A stretch of DNA of 62,967 bases, filler included. It is 9 parts of 9 records of this genome, joined end to end, with 100 filler letters (N's around TTAATTAATTAA, not from the genome) between each part and the next. Parts side by side here need not be neighbours in the genome. Positions count along the whole stretch, not along the records: positions 26,120 to 32,785 come from SRR31156797_88456; positions 32,886 to 37,972 come from SRR31156797_88527; positions 38,073 to 47,380 come from SRR31156797_88532; 6 more parts are not named here. The stretch is one strand, 5' to 3'. A program made the translations under genes and the position numbers. Under the pieces are notes generated by a model. That model was not told the origin of the DNA, did not search any database, and saw only the letters and a list, made by a program, of their open reading frames with translations. Every line of letters starts with the position of its first letter. The first letter of the stretch is position 1. This document shows positions 29,676 to 40,179 of the stretch, in pieces.

Positions 29676-31283
29676 TTATTTCTGATTTTTCCAAGATTTA
29701 CCAAACGCAAGCGTATCTGAGTCAAGCGATAGGAATTTTCTTTTTCTGATTAAACGTTGTATTTCTGTGCTGTATCGAGAAATTTCATCTATTGCGATGA
29801 AAATTTGCTTATCACCTGAGGCGTACTCTCTAATAATTTCTTGAATCGCATGAACCTCAATGTTCTTAAATACGATCAAATCATGTATTAGAATCGGCAA
29901 ATATGTATTATTTAAAACGCTCATATCAAGAGCGATCATATTGGCGTATGCTTTTCCGGTACCTGAATCATCTTTATGCTTAAATTCGTACCGAGTATCA
30001 TAAAGCTTTATCTCCGGAGCTACTGGGTTTCCTGAATAAAATTTTCCAATGAGGTTTGCCATGCAAACATTAAGTAGAGATTCTATGCTTGCTAGAGATT
30101 CTAAAGACTTTTGGGTGAGTTGATCTGAAAGGTCAACAACTCTCGTGTCAATGCTTTCTTTGATTTCCCTAAATCTGATTTCATCGCGAAGATTCTTTTC
30201 TTCGATCGAAAGTTCCAGCAATTTATCGACTAAGCCCGTTGGTTGGTTAATTGAACCAGCTGTTTTTATAAGCTTCCCATCAATTAAACTAATCTCTTTC
30301 TCGAGCTGATATATCTTTTCCTCCAATATCTCTTTTTCAATCCTAAGTTCCGCCTTGAGTATTTTCGTAACTCCTGAATGGAATTGGTCGATTTTCGATA
30401 GTTTCGATTCTTCAAAATCTGGAAAATAATATCTTAACTTCTCAAAGTGTTTTTTGTTGGCTAAACTCCCATACTTTAAATTGTTTTCAATACGTACCAA
30501 CCTGCTTTTGGTATGAAACAATGAATTTACAAGATCATCTTTTTCTGATTTCAGTTTAATATTTTCATCATTAATTATCTTTTTTGCGCTAATAGCACAT
30601 GTTTCAAGGCTTTTTTTGATTTCAGATATTTCAGATTCTACTTTTTCCAATCTGTTTTCATTTTGCTTTAGCTCTTTCTTCGTAAGAGGCTTTATATAAC
30701 CTTGTTCGAAAACTCCTTTCAGAATTTTCTTTTTGCTTTCTGTTTCTTTTTTTTCTTTTTCTAAGTCATGAACAGCATCGTAATAGGAGAATAGCTTAAG
30801 AACATTAGGTTTTATTTTAGAGTATGGTTCATTTGGAAATGAGTTTAACGGCCTATTTGGATTATAGTTATCCTTTCCCCAAATTCGAAAAAAAGGATTC
30901 ACTGAACTCCTGAAACTTGCTTCCCCTTCAGGAAACTTGTATTTATTTTTCAGAAACTCCCTATATTCTTGGATCTTTTTCTCAGTACTTTTGCCTTGGG
31001 TGATGTAATTCACGACAGCAGGATCATTAGTGCTTCTGGAGAAACTATATTTAACTTTGTTAAATATAAAATCCATTTCCACCGTGATAATGCCTACATT
31101 ATCAGTGACATCAGAACACAAACGTAGAAAGTCATCTCCAGATAATGCAAAATCAATCAGCATTAATACCGATGATTTACCAATAGAGTTTGCTCCATCG
31201 TCTGGTCCCAGAAGAGTGTTAAGGCCACTACCAAACTCAAGTTTATTTTTTATTAATTTCTGGCATCTTAACTCTTTTAGCAT
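29676..31283 (-). CDS. lmuB: Lamassu/ABC-3C SMC-like ATPase (DUF2326), short LmuB type
   Basis: NSIGKSS Walker A, coiled coil, DSGTG signature, LIHD Walker B, QIFIAID. Confidence 0.85.
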   Translation of the reverse strand: MLKELRCQKLIKNKLEFGSGLNTLLGPDDGANSIGKSSVLMLIDFALSGDDFLRLCSDVTDNVGIITVEMDFIFNKVKYSFSRSTNDPAVVNYITQGKSTEKKIQEYREFLKNKYKFPEGEASFRSSVNPFFRIWGKDNYNPNRPLNSFPNEPYSKIKPNVLKLFSYYDAVHDLEKEKKETESKKKILKGVFEQGYIKPLTKKELKQNENRLEKVESEISEIKKSLETCAISAKKIINDENIKLKSEKDDLVNSLFHTKSRLVRIENNLKYGSLANKKHFEKLRYYFPDFEESKLSKIDQFHSGVTKILKAELRIEKEILEEKIYQLEKEISLIDGKLIKTAGSINQPTGLVDKLLELSIEEKNLRDEIRFREIKESIDTRVVDLSDQLTQKSLESLASIESLLNVCMANLIGKFYSGNPVAPEIKLYDTRYEFKHKDDSGTGKAYANMIALDMSVLNNTYLPILIHDLIVFKNIEVHAIQEIIREYASGDKQIFIAIDEISRYSTEIQRLIRKRKFLSLDSDTLAFGKSWKNQK

Positions 31284-31498
31284 TTCAGTATTTTCCCCGT
31301 ATCCCCATCAAACTCAATCTTGCCTAGTACATAAAGTGTATCGATTGAATATATAAATTCATCAATCCCTGAAAACTTTCTCTTTGTTGATAAATACAAG
31401 TCTCTCACAGATATTTCACTAAATTCTTGGTCTAATATATATGTCATTTTAAAAATAATCGATTCTTTAAATGATATGGCTTTATTTGGTGTTATCAT
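31277..31498 (-). CDS. lmuC: ABC-3C middle component (LmuC-like)
   Basis: 73 aa, MITPNK.ISF.ES...F...ID.LY.LGKI; ATGA overlap with the upstream effector and overlap with the ATPase start. Confidence 0.8.
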   Translation of the reverse strand: MITPNKAISFKESIIFKMTYILDQEFSEISVRDLYLSTKRKFSGIDEFIYSIDTLYVLGKIEFDGDTGKILKC

Positions 31499-32262
31499 GA
31501 GTAAATCTCGCAATTCTGCACAAAGAATGACACTATAATTTCAGCGATTTCTGTACTATCATTAACTGATGTTTTTTTGATCCATTCCGTTAGCGCAGAA
31601 AATATTTGAGTTTGATCCAGTCCATCTTTTTTCAGTTTTATGTAATACGTTTTCACTTGACTGTAAATTGTATCCGAGGTGTATGGAGCGATCTTATCCA
31701 TCTCTGCGAACTTTTCTTTAATTTTTGAATAAAAGTACCTTACATGAGTTTTGATCTTTAATTTCACCAAAGCATGTAAAGTTTCGTCTGATTTATTATC
31801 AACTTTAACTGCGTCTAACGACAGTTCTTCAAGAGCCTCTCCAGAATAAGAAGCGAGCGTTTGAATTACCTGACCTATTTCTTCGTCTAAGGAATTATTA
31901 AACCATTCATTTTTCAACCTCGACAATCGCTGCAATTCTGTCTTTATCGCTACCATTTCCCGATACCCTTCGACCGTGCGAGGATTGTCAAATACTTTGT
32001 GGCAATCACGACATAAAGCAATCAAATTGTCTTCATGGTCGACATCCCCACTTAGGCGCATTTCATTTTTTAAAAGTTTAACTTCATATGGACGAGGGCT
32101 ATTTGGATAAATATGAGCCACCTCAAAGAGCTTTATCATATGTTTCCCTGTTCGCTTCATCAGCGGCTTATTGCATTTAGGACAAATACCACTGACCTCA
32201 TCAAACAGAATAAGCCCCATATTTTCCGTTGGCTTTTTTCTTTTAGCTTCTGTCTTTGCCAC
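31495..32262 (-). CDS. lmuA: Lamassu/ABC-3C effector: HNH endonuclease plus C-terminal domain
   Basis: CPKC...EVAHIYP...NLIALCRDCHKVFD; C-terminal SFFVQNCEI. Confidence 0.85.
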   Translation of the reverse strand: MAKTEAKRKKPTENMGLILFDEVSGICPKCNKPLMKRTGKHMIKLFEVAHIYPNSPRPYEVKLLKNEMRLSGDVDHEDNLIALCRDCHKVFDNPRTVEGYREMVAIKTELQRLSRLKNEWFNNSLDEEIGQVIQTLASYSGEALEELSLDAVKVDNKSDETLHALVKLKIKTHVRYFYSKIKEKFAEMDKIAPYTSDTIYSQVKTYYIKLKKDGLDQTQIFSALTEWIKKTSVNDSTEIAEIIVSFFVQNCEIYS

Positions 32263-32394
32263 TCAGCTTCCTTTTATGAATGGTGATATTTAAACTCGGA
32301 ACTCAATTTATAGAAACATAGCGTAAAATAGGCGACGGACAGCCAATGAACTAAAAAATTTATTTTTTATGGCTTGTGATCTGGGGGGGGGAAT

Positions 32395-32785
32395 TTATTG
32401 CCAAACAACGACATTTCTCCCTGAGTCTATCGTGAAAGGATGCTGTTTTAAGAAATCCATGCCTAATAATCCACGGTTTTCGGCACCTGCCCTTTTTTGA
32501 CCTGTTACTTCAAAATTTCGCTCTATAAATGGTCCAACTTGGATGTAATCAAGTCTTTTTTTTTGCCCTCTCACTTCTCCGCCATCAGCTACAGTAGACG
32601 TTACATTTCCTAAATATTCGCCTCTTATCCTAGCAAGCTGTTTATTGCTTAAAACTGTATGGGAAGCTCCTGTATCCAAGACGATTTTTGTTCTCACAGT
32701 TTTGCCTTTATGGCTAAGTACTATAGGGATCACGACTTGATTTTTAATAAATTGAATTGGCGTTTCTTTTTCCCAGGTGTTTACT
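32395..32785 (-). CDS. Retropepsin-like aspartic protease (5' truncated)
   Basis: VLDTGAS and GLLGMDFL. Confidence 0.8.
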
Positions 32786-32885
32786 NNNNNNNNNNNNNNN
32801 NNNNNNNNNNNNNNNNNNNNNNNNNNNNNTTAATTAATTAANNNNNNNNNNNNNNNNNNNNNNNNNNNNNNNNNNNNNNNNNNNN

Positions 32886-33029
32886 GCAAACGACGGTTGG
32901 GATCTAAACTACGGAGGTGATTTAAATGATCTGACTGCAGGTGGTGCAAACATAGGAATAGATGCAGATGGTAACTATACCATTACTTTCGATCCATGGG
33001 GCTTAACAGCCACTGTTACTAAGAATTAA
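32886..33029 (+). CDS. 3' end of a SusE/SusF-like starch-binding protein
   Basis: ANDGWDLNYGG...GANI...GNYTITFD; upstream of a GH13 gene. Confidence 0.7.
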   Translation, partial: ANDGWDLNYGGDLNDLTAGGANIGIDADGNYTITFDPWGLTATVTKN

Positions 33030-33095
33030 AGTCTAATTTAATGATATAGGAGGGTTGTTCGAGTGTGGACAGCCCTTCACTTTTTTAATCTTCCC

Positions 33096-35819
33096 ATGAA
33101 ACTAAAAACATTAATATTTTCTATTGCCCTACTGCTTAATAGTTTAGCAAAAGCGCAAATTACAACCGACCCGGAACTACCTTCGGCTGTTAAAAAAGTG
33201 ACAATCACATTCAACTCAGCTGAAGAAAGCAGGCTGGGTTACTTTACAGGTGACTTATATGCCCACACCGGGGTTACAATTAAAGGAGAAGGTCGTTGGC
33301 AGAATGTTATTGGCAACTGGGGAGAAAACGACAAACAACCCCAATTAAACCACGTAGGAAATGGAATTTACACTTTGGAAATTTCACCAGACATTAATTC
33401 TTTTTACAATGTGTCATCCGGAGATAAAGTAACCGAAATATGTCTTGTATTCCGTTCTGCCGATAATAGTCAGCAAACTGCTGATATGTTTGTAAAAGTC
33501 TACGAAGAAGGGCTTTCCGTAGAAATATCTACTCCGTCAAACAATGCAATTCTTCCGGTAAACGAAGCTGTTTCAATAACCGCTGTTTCAACGCTGGAGG
33601 CACAACTCAAACTATTTTTGAATGAAACAGAATTAGCAACTACCACCGGAACCTCAATATCAACTGATCATATATTCGATTCACCAGGAGACTACTGGAT
33701 TATTGCCGAAGCCACAGCAGATTCCACTGTTCGCGATTCAGTTTTTATTGAAGCCAAAAACTATATTCAAACAATACCCGAAAATTATGTAAAAGGAGTA
33801 AACTACACTTCTGATACCTCTGTCGCTTTAGTTCTTTGGGCTCCGTTAAAAACATCAGCTCATGTTATTGGCGATTTTAATAACTGGCAAACAAGCGATG
33901 ACTATTTAATGCGTAAAGATGGTGACTTCTTTTGGCTCGAACTACCCAATCTGGAAAAAGGGAAAGAATATGCTTATCAGTTCTTTATCGATGCAGATAT
34001 TACAATTGCCGATCCTTATACCGAAAAAATTCTGGATGAAAATAATGATCCATATATTTCAGAATCAGTTTATCCCGGTTTAAAAACATACCCTTCCGGA
34101 AAAACAGAAGGAATCGTTTCTGTTTTCCAAACCGCTCAGGAAGCCTACAACTGGGAAATTACAGATTTTGAGCTTCCGGAGAACGAGAAAATGATTATCT
34201 ACGAACTGTTGATTCGTGATTTTACCGAAGAACATACCTATGCCTCAATTATTGAGAAACTGGATTATTTGGAAGACCTCAATATAAATGTACTCGAACT
34301 GATGCCAGTTAACGAATTTGAAGGAAACAGCAGTTGGGGCTACAATCCTGCTTTTTACTTTGCTCCGGACAAATATTATGGTCCGAAAAACCAATTAAAA
34401 AGTTTGATTGATGAATGCCATAAAAGAGGAATTGCTGTTGTAATTGATATGGTATTAAACCACAGTTACGGACAAAGTCCGTTTGTACAAATGTATATGG
34501 ACAGCTGGACTATTTTACCAGAAAATCCCTGGTACAATGTAAGTTCGCCAAATCCCACCTATTCATGGGGGTACGATTTTAATCACGAAAGCGATGCCAC
34601 CAAAGAATTGGTAGATAGTGTAAATTCGTTTTGGATAAATGAATACAAGGTTGACGGTTTTCGATTTGACTTTACAAAAGGATTTACAAATACACCAGGC
34701 GACGGATCGGGATACGATCAATCCAGGATAAATATTTTGAAACGGATGGCCAATGAAATCTGGAAACGCAATCCGGATGCTTTGGTTATACTGGAACATT
34801 TTACCGGGAATACCGAAGAAATGGCACTGGCCGATCATGGAATGATGATTTGGGGCAACAAAAATTATTCATACGGCGAAACTGCAATGGGGTTCGGAGC
34901 GAGTTTATACGATGCAATTGCCGAAAACCGGGGCTGGGAAAAACCGAACCTGGTAACTTATATGGAAAGTCACGATGAAGAACGGTTAACCTACAATTGT
35001 GTCAACTTTGGAGCTTCGGAAGGAGACTATAACACCAGAGATTTTTCTACAGCAATGGATCGGTTAAAGCTTAACTCTGTTTTTTTCATTCTGCTTCCCG
35101 GCCCAAAAATGATCTGGCAATTTGGCGAATTAGGCTACGATTATTCGATTAACCATTGCCCCGATGGAAGCATAAGTGAAGATTGCAGAACATCGGAGAA
35201 ACCTTTGGTTTGGGATTATATTGAAAACCCGAAACGTACTGCTCTGTTTCAGGTTATGGCCAAACTAAATGAACTTAAACAAACGTATGAGGAATTTTCT
35301 CCATCAAGCACAGAATACTCGCTGGCAAACCAGACAAAATGGTATAAACTCAGCAATAATGACAACCATGTTGTTGGTCTCGGGAATTTCGACATTTCTC
35401 AAAATGATATCGACATTACTTTTCCTTTAGCCGGGAAATATTATGAGTTCTTTAGCGGTGACTCTGTGGTATTTGACTCACCTGATCAATCCTTTACTTT
35501 TCAACCAGGAGAATATCGTTTATACTCCACAAGAAAGTTTCACGATCCTGATATTGAAACCAGTATCAATGACGGTTTTTCACAAAATACCGATATCCTG
35601 GTATATCCCAATCCTGCAAAATCGGTTATTCACATCAAATCCGAAAACAAAATTTCAACGGTTGACGTGTATTCTGCTTCAGGTACAAGAGTTTATCAAT
35701 CAGGAAAAATTAATGATACAAAGACACAGATTCATGTTTGTGATTTTCTGTCGGGAATTTACTTTGCCAAAATTGAACAAAGCGAAAAAATAATAATAAA
35801 AAAGTTTGTGGTGAAATAA
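33096..35819 (+). CDS. GH13 alpha-amylase/branching-enzyme-like glycosidase with T9SS type A CTD
   Basis: Signal peptide; IYELLIRDF, WGYNP, DMVLNH, GFRFD, EH, SHDEER; C-terminal YPNP...GIY..K...KKFVVK. Confidence 0.92.
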   Translation: MKLKTLIFSIALLLNSLAKAQITTDPELPSAVKKVTITFNSAEESRLGYFTGDLYAHTGVTIKGEGRWQNVIGNWGENDKQPQLNHVGNGIYTLEISPDINSFYNVSSGDKVTEICLVFRSADNSQQTADMFVKVYEEGLSVEISTPSNNAILPVNEAVSITAVSTLEAQLKLFLNETELATTTGTSISTDHIFDSPGDYWIIAEATADSTVRDSVFIEAKNYIQTIPENYVKGVNYTSDTSVALVLWAPLKTSAHVIGDFNNWQTSDDYLMRKDGDFFWLELPNLEKGKEYAYQFFIDADITIADPYTEKILDENNDPYISESVYPGLKTYPSGKTEGIVSVFQTAQEAYNWEITDFELPENEKMIIYELLIRDFTEEHTYASIIEKLDYLEDLNINVLELMPVNEFEGNSSWGYNPAFYFAPDKYYGPKNQLKSLIDECHKRGIAVVIDMVLNHSYGQSPFVQMYMDSWTILPENPWYNVSSPNPTYSWGYDFNHESDATKELVDSVNSFWINEYKVDGFRFDFTKGFTNTPGDGSGYDQSRINILKRMANEIWKRNPDALVILEHFTGNTEEMALADHGMMIWGNKNYSYGETAMGFGASLYDAIAENRGWEKPNLVTYMESHDEERLTYNCVNFGASEGDYNTRDFSTAMDRLKLNSVFFILLPGPKMIWQFGELGYDYSINHCPDGSISEDCRTSEKPLVWDYIENPKRTALFQVMAKLNELKQTYEEFSPSSTEYSLANQTKWYKLSNNDNHVVGLGNFDISQNDIDITFPLAGKYYEFFSGDSVVFDSPDQSFTFQPGEYRLYSTRKFHDPDIETSINDGFSQNTDILVYPNPAKSVIHIKSENKISTVDVYSASGTRVYQSGKINDTKTQIHVCDFLSGIYFAKIEQSEKIIIKKFVVK

Positions 35820-35872
35820 ATTAGAAGATATGGAGAAGGGTCGTTTGTACCCTTTTCCTGCTTTTAACAACT

Positions 35873-36811
35873 TTATTTTAACGCAGTTCGCCGTTGTCGG
35901 TTAAACAAATCAAAATCGTAGCTAAACATTATTTCGTGTGAACCATTATTAAAATGGCTTAAATCAGAAATTGTAATGTCGTAAGAATAACCTATCCTCA
36001 TTTTAGGAGTAGGTTTAAACTGGGCAATTATACCATAAGCGGCATCAAACCGGTACATAGCTCCAACCCAAAATCGCTCTTTAAAACCTGCCAAAAGGGT
36101 AATGTCGGCCGATACAGGAGCTCCGCTAACATATTTTAGCATTCCGTTTCCTTTAAGCTGGAAGTCTTCGCTCATATTAAATTGATGCCCGGCAACAAAA
36201 TACAAATGTATTTGTTGCTTATTGATATAGTCGGTTGAAACATCTTCCCGAGTAATTTTATTTTCAATTAGCCTAGGAACCGACAATCCAAAATAGGTTT
36301 TATCCGAGAAAAGAAATAAACCAACACCAACATTGGGCAGGAAGTTCTCGTAAATGTCGTTGTCAAGAATCGGATCATCAGGATCAACTGTTTCCAAATC
36401 AGTAAGATTTGCCCGGTAAAATGCAACTCCACCTTTTAATCCCATTCCCAGTTGAAAGCTCTCTGAAATTCTCAAAAAATATGAATAATCTAAATATACC
36501 CCCGTTTGCTTTAGTGGACCAATTTTATCTGACATTACAGAAAAACCAAAACCAATATCCTTGTTTTCAACCGAAGAATTATAAGCAAATGAACGTGTGG
36601 CAGGAGCACCATCGAACTCAACCCACTGGCTACGAGCTACCAATAAAGCATTACCAATTTCTTTTGAACCGGCAAAACCTGGATTAATAACCAAAAGGTT
36701 ATCCATGTACTGTGTATACATTGGATCTTGTTGCGCCATTAGCGGCCTAAAATGAAATATTTGCAACAAGCAAACACCAATAATTAATCCTATTTTATAT
36801 CTCATTCTCAT
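35873..36811 (-). CDS. PorP/SprF family T9SS membrane protein
   Basis: QQDPMYTQY, INPGFAG, RSQW...GAP.T, GYSYD, GSHEIM. Confidence 0.92.
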   Translation of the reverse strand: MRMRYKIGLIIGVCLLQIFHFRPLMAQQDPMYTQYMDNLLVINPGFAGSKEIGNALLVARSQWVEFDGAPATRSFAYNSSVENKDIGFGFSVMSDKIGPLKQTGVYLDYSYFLRISESFQLGMGLKGGVAFYRANLTDLETVDPDDPILDNDIYENFLPNVGVGLFLFSDKTYFGLSVPRLIENKITREDVSTDYINKQQIHLYFVAGHQFNMSEDFQLKGNGMLKYVSGAPVSADITLLAGFKERFWVGAMYRFDAAYGIIAQFKPTPKMRIGYSYDITISDLSHFNNGSHEIMFSYDFDLFNRQRRTALK

Positions 36812-37972
36812 TTACCTGTCGATATATATTGAACCTGCAATTGGAGGCTCTCCGTTCCCTAACTCCAGCACATAAAAATAGGTTCCTGTTGGTAGTTCAG
36901 CATTGCCACCCCCTTTATTCGATCTTCCATCCCAAAAAAGCGGATTGGTTGAAATACCATAATTTTGTGCTTCGTAAACTTTTTTACCCCACCGATTTAT
37001 AATCACAAGCGAATTCGTTTCATAGGTTTCAATTCCCACTATCTCGAAATAGTCATTAATGCCGTCCCCATTAGGGGTAAATGCTTCCGGGATAAAAAAC
37101 TCAGGAGTAACAACGTATACATATACATTTGCGTTATCGCATTTCTCGAAATAATTACAAATAGTATATTCAAACACATCCTCCCCCGTAAAACCATCAT
37201 TTGGAGTATATGTAATAGTACCATCTATATTAATAACCACAGTACCGCTTAAAGGATACTTAACAATTTGCAACGATGACGGATCCAGTTCGCCTTGCGG
37301 ATCTTCATCATTAGCTAACACATCAATGGTTACCGATTTCCGGATCACCACAGTGTCTTCTACATCGCGAGCTATTGGCGCATACACATAACGACTAACA
37401 ACTACTGAATCGTAAGCGTAACAGCCAAAAGTATCGGTAACCGTAAGGTGGTAAGTTCCTGTAGAACTAATTTCAGGCGTAGCAGTGTGCTCTCCTCCGA
37501 CAAACGAACCATTTTCAGTTGTCCAACTGTAAACTATTTGCTCACCTGCGCTGCCCATTCCATTCAGTAAGGCGGTTGATCCTTCTTCAATGGTAAAATC
37601 TTCCCCGGCATCAGCCAGTATATCCGAAACCTCAATCTCAACTGTATCTCGTTTTACCAGTCCATCGATATCGCTAACCGTTAAAATAAAAGTTGTTGAT
37701 AATCCCGGAGTAAACACAGGATTCAAAAGGGTCGGGTTGTCTAAATTATCAGCCGGACTCCACAAATAGGATAAGCCATTTGGACGAGAAACATAAGCTT
37801 GTAAGCGATACGGGCTACATGAGCCAATAGTTGTATCCATACCTGCCGAAACAATTAAGTCTGCCCCCATATCTGCAACCACAAATTCCTCAAAAATAAC
37901 TTCTGATAAACAATTATTGGTGTCTTGTGCCTGGGCAAATATTTTAAAGCGGCCCTCAGTATTCCACAAATA
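36812..37972 (-). CDS. T9SS type B CTD (gliding-motility-associated) surface protein with Ig/PKD-like repeats, 5' truncated
   Basis: IPEAFTPNGDGIND, NRWG, WDG, GTYFY; adjacent to a PorP/SprF gene. Confidence 0.9.
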   Translation of the reverse strand, partial: YLWNTEGRFKIFAQAQDTNNCLSEVIFEEFVVADMGADLIVSAGMDTTIGSCSPYRLQAYVSRPNGLSYLWSPADNLDNPTLLNPVFTPGLSTTFILTVSDIDGLVKRDTVEIEVSDILADAGEDFTIEEGSTALLNGMGSAGEQIVYSWTTENGSFVGGEHTATPEISSTGTYHLTVTDTFGCYAYDSVVVSRYVYAPIARDVEDTVVIRKSVTIDVLANDEDPQGELDPSSLQIVKYPLSGTVVINIDGTITYTPNDGFTGEDVFEYTICNYFEKCDNANVYVYVVTPEFFIPEAFTPNGDGINDYFEIVGIETYETNSLVIINRWGKKVYEAQNYGISTNPLFWDGRSNKGGGNAELPTGTYFYVLELGNGEPPIAGSIYIDR

Positions 37973-38073
37973 NNNNNNNNNNNNNNNNNNNNNNNNNNNN
38001 NNNNNNNNNNNNNNNNTTAATTAATTAANNNNNNNNNNNNNNNNNNNNNNNNNNNNNNNNNNNNNNNNNNNNT

Positions 38074-38151
38074 CAGAGCAAGGAGCCCCTGTTCCAGTTC
38101 TACCGCTTCTTTACGAACTGCATTCTCCACAACAGCTCCCCCTTCTCCTGA
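38074..38151 (+). CDS. 3' end of a probable TetR (AcuR/NemR-like) regulator
   Basis: QSKEPLFQFYRFF...; followed by a GC-rich hairpin at 38178-38206; upstream of acuI. Confidence 0.4.
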   Translation, partial: QSKEPLFQFYRFFTNCILHNSSPFS

Positions 38152-38290
38152 TTATCCCTCCCCCGACTCCCCTGAAACCGCCGGCTCGGATGATCCGAAC
38201 CGGCGGCCCTTTTCATCCTGATTTCCCGGTCCCGGCGATTCCTGTTTCCAGGCAATATCCATATCGGGAGCTCCTTGCTCTTGATTTTTC

Positions 38291-38305
38291 TAGACGATCA
38301 GTCTA
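38291..38305. promoter_or_regulatory. Palindromic operator candidate (NemR/AcuR-like)
   Basis: TAGAC-GATCA-GTCTA upstream of acuI. Confidence 0.5.
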
Positions 38306-38551
38306 ATTTATTTGCAAACCTTGAGATGCAATGAATGGGAAGGGTGAGGGCCTCGCCGTAAAAATGAATAAAGCATTTTATTATAGATACTTGAAAGAAG
38401 TGATACTGCTTTCATCTATGAAAATGCAGATCTTCAATTTGCTCTTCCCTTCATTCTTACGCTTGTTTTGGTATTTTCATATAGAATAAGGCAGATCACC
38501 CCGAAAAATGGGAATCTGCCGAAGGTCAAAGTTATCACTCCGGGAGGAATT

Positions 38552-39532
38552 ATGTTTAAGGCGATATGGATTGAAAAGGATGGGGAAGGCTACCGCTCCA
38601 CTGTAAAGGAAGTGGACGAGTCACAGCTTCCCGAGGGGGATGTCACCGTAGCGGTAGAGTACTCGACACTCAACTATAAGGACGCCCTGGCCGTCACGGG
38701 CAGAGGAAAGATCATCCGGAGCTTCCCCATGGTTCCCGGAATAGACATGGCCGGTGAGGTTCTCTCCTCCGGAAATCCCCGCTTCAAGGCCGGAGACAGG
38801 GTTCTGCTCAACGGATGGGGCGTGGGAGAGAAGCACTGGGGAGGCCTGGCCGGAAAGGCCCGGGTGAAGGCCGACTGGCTGACCCCCCTGCCCGCCGGGC
38901 TCTCCGCGAAAAAGGCCATGGCCATAGGAACCGCCGGTTACACGGCCATGCTCTGCGTCCTGGCGCTGGAAGAGAACGGCGTCAGACCCGATGACGGAGA
39001 GATTCTGGTTACCGGCGCCACCGGCGGGGTCGGCAGCTTTGCCGTCTCCCTCCTGGCCGGGGCGGGCTACAGGGTCATCGCCATGAGCGGAAAGGAGGAC
39101 GCGGAACCCTACCTGAAAGAGCTGGGAGCCGCGGACATCATAGGCCGGGCCGGATACTCCGAACCGGGAAGGCCCCTGGCGAAAGAGCGCTGGGCGGGAG
39201 TCGTCGATGTGGCGGGCGGTCCTATCCTCGCCAACGCCTGCGCCGCGGCAAAGTACGGAGCCACAGTCACGGCCTGCGGACTGGCGGGTGGAATGGACTT
39301 TCCCGCTACGGTCGCTCCCTTTATCCTGAGGGGCGTCACCCTGGCGGGCATAGACAGCGTCTACTGCCCCGTGGAGAAGAGAGTCAGGGCCTGGGAGCGT
39401 CTGTCCCGGGAGACGGCGGACAGGGAGTTTGATCTGATCGTCCATGAGATAGGCCTGGAGGATGTTCCCGAGGCCTCGGCCGCCCTGTTGGACGGGAGGC
39501 TCAAGGGCCGGCAGCTGGTAAAGCTCCGATAG
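38552..39532 (+). CDS. acuI: Acryloyl-CoA reductase AcuI/YhdH
   Basis: LNYKDALA, PGID.AG, GTAGYTAML, TGATGGVGS, PFILRGV.L.GIDSV. Confidence 0.9.
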   Translation: MFKAIWIEKDGEGYRSTVKEVDESQLPEGDVTVAVEYSTLNYKDALAVTGRGKIIRSFPMVPGIDMAGEVLSSGNPRFKAGDRVLLNGWGVGEKHWGGLAGKARVKADWLTPLPAGLSAKKAMAIGTAGYTAMLCVLALEENGVRPDDGEILVTGATGGVGSFAVSLLAGAGYRVIAMSGKEDAEPYLKELGAADIIGRAGYSEPGRPLAKERWAGVVDVAGGPILANACAAAKYGATVTACGLAGGMDFPATVAPFILRGVTLAGIDSVYCPVEKRVRAWERLSRETADREFDLIVHEIGLEDVPEASAALLDGRLKGRQLVKLR

Positions 39533-39593
39533 ACTGGCGGGATTTGCCATCCCGGAATTGTACACGGTAACCGAAGCGGATATAATCGGAGCC

Positions 39594-40061
39594 ATGTCCA
39601 AAACGAACGCCGTCAGACTGCTGGAAAGCCGAAAGATCCCCTTCCAACTGAAGGAGTACGAGGTGGATGAATCCGATCTCAGCGCCGTATCGGTGGCCGC
39701 CAAGTCCGGCCTGGATGCGGATCAGGTCTTCAAGACCCTGGTCCTCAGAGGCCAGAGCGGTGATATCTTCGTCTGCGTGATCCCCGGCCCCTGCGAGCTG
39801 GACCTGAAGAAGGCGGCCAGGGCGGGGGGCTTCAAAAAGGCCGAGATGATATCGGTCAAAGAGATCCTGCCCCTGACCGGCTATATCCGGGGAGGCTGTT
39901 CCCCGGTGGGTATGAAGAGGCACTACCCCACCTTTGTAGACGAGACATGTTCCCTATTCGAATCCATCTATGTGAGCGGAGGGGTACGGGGACTGCAGAT
40001 CCGGATCGCCCCTGAGACCCTGCTGGAGGCGGCAGACGCCGAAACCGCCGATCTGGTCTGA
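39594..40061 (+). CDS. ybaK: Cys-tRNA(Pro) deacylase
   Basis: KTNA.RLL, VFKTLV, TGY.RGGCSP.G. Confidence 0.92.
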   Translation: MSKTNAVRLLESRKIPFQLKEYEVDESDLSAVSVAAKSGLDADQVFKTLVLRGQSGDIFVCVIPGPCELDLKKAARAGGFKKAEMISVKEILPLTGYIRGGCSPVGMKRHYPTFVDETCSLFESIYVSGGVRGLQIRIAPETLLEAADAETADLV

Positions 40062-40179
40062 AAGCTTCACAGAGGGTCAAAGGCCCCTCCTGTCTGATAA
40101 AGAACTGAAAAGACCGCTTCGAATGTCCTTCCGGACATCTGAAGCGGCCCCAAACCTTTCGTCAGATTAAACGATAGCT

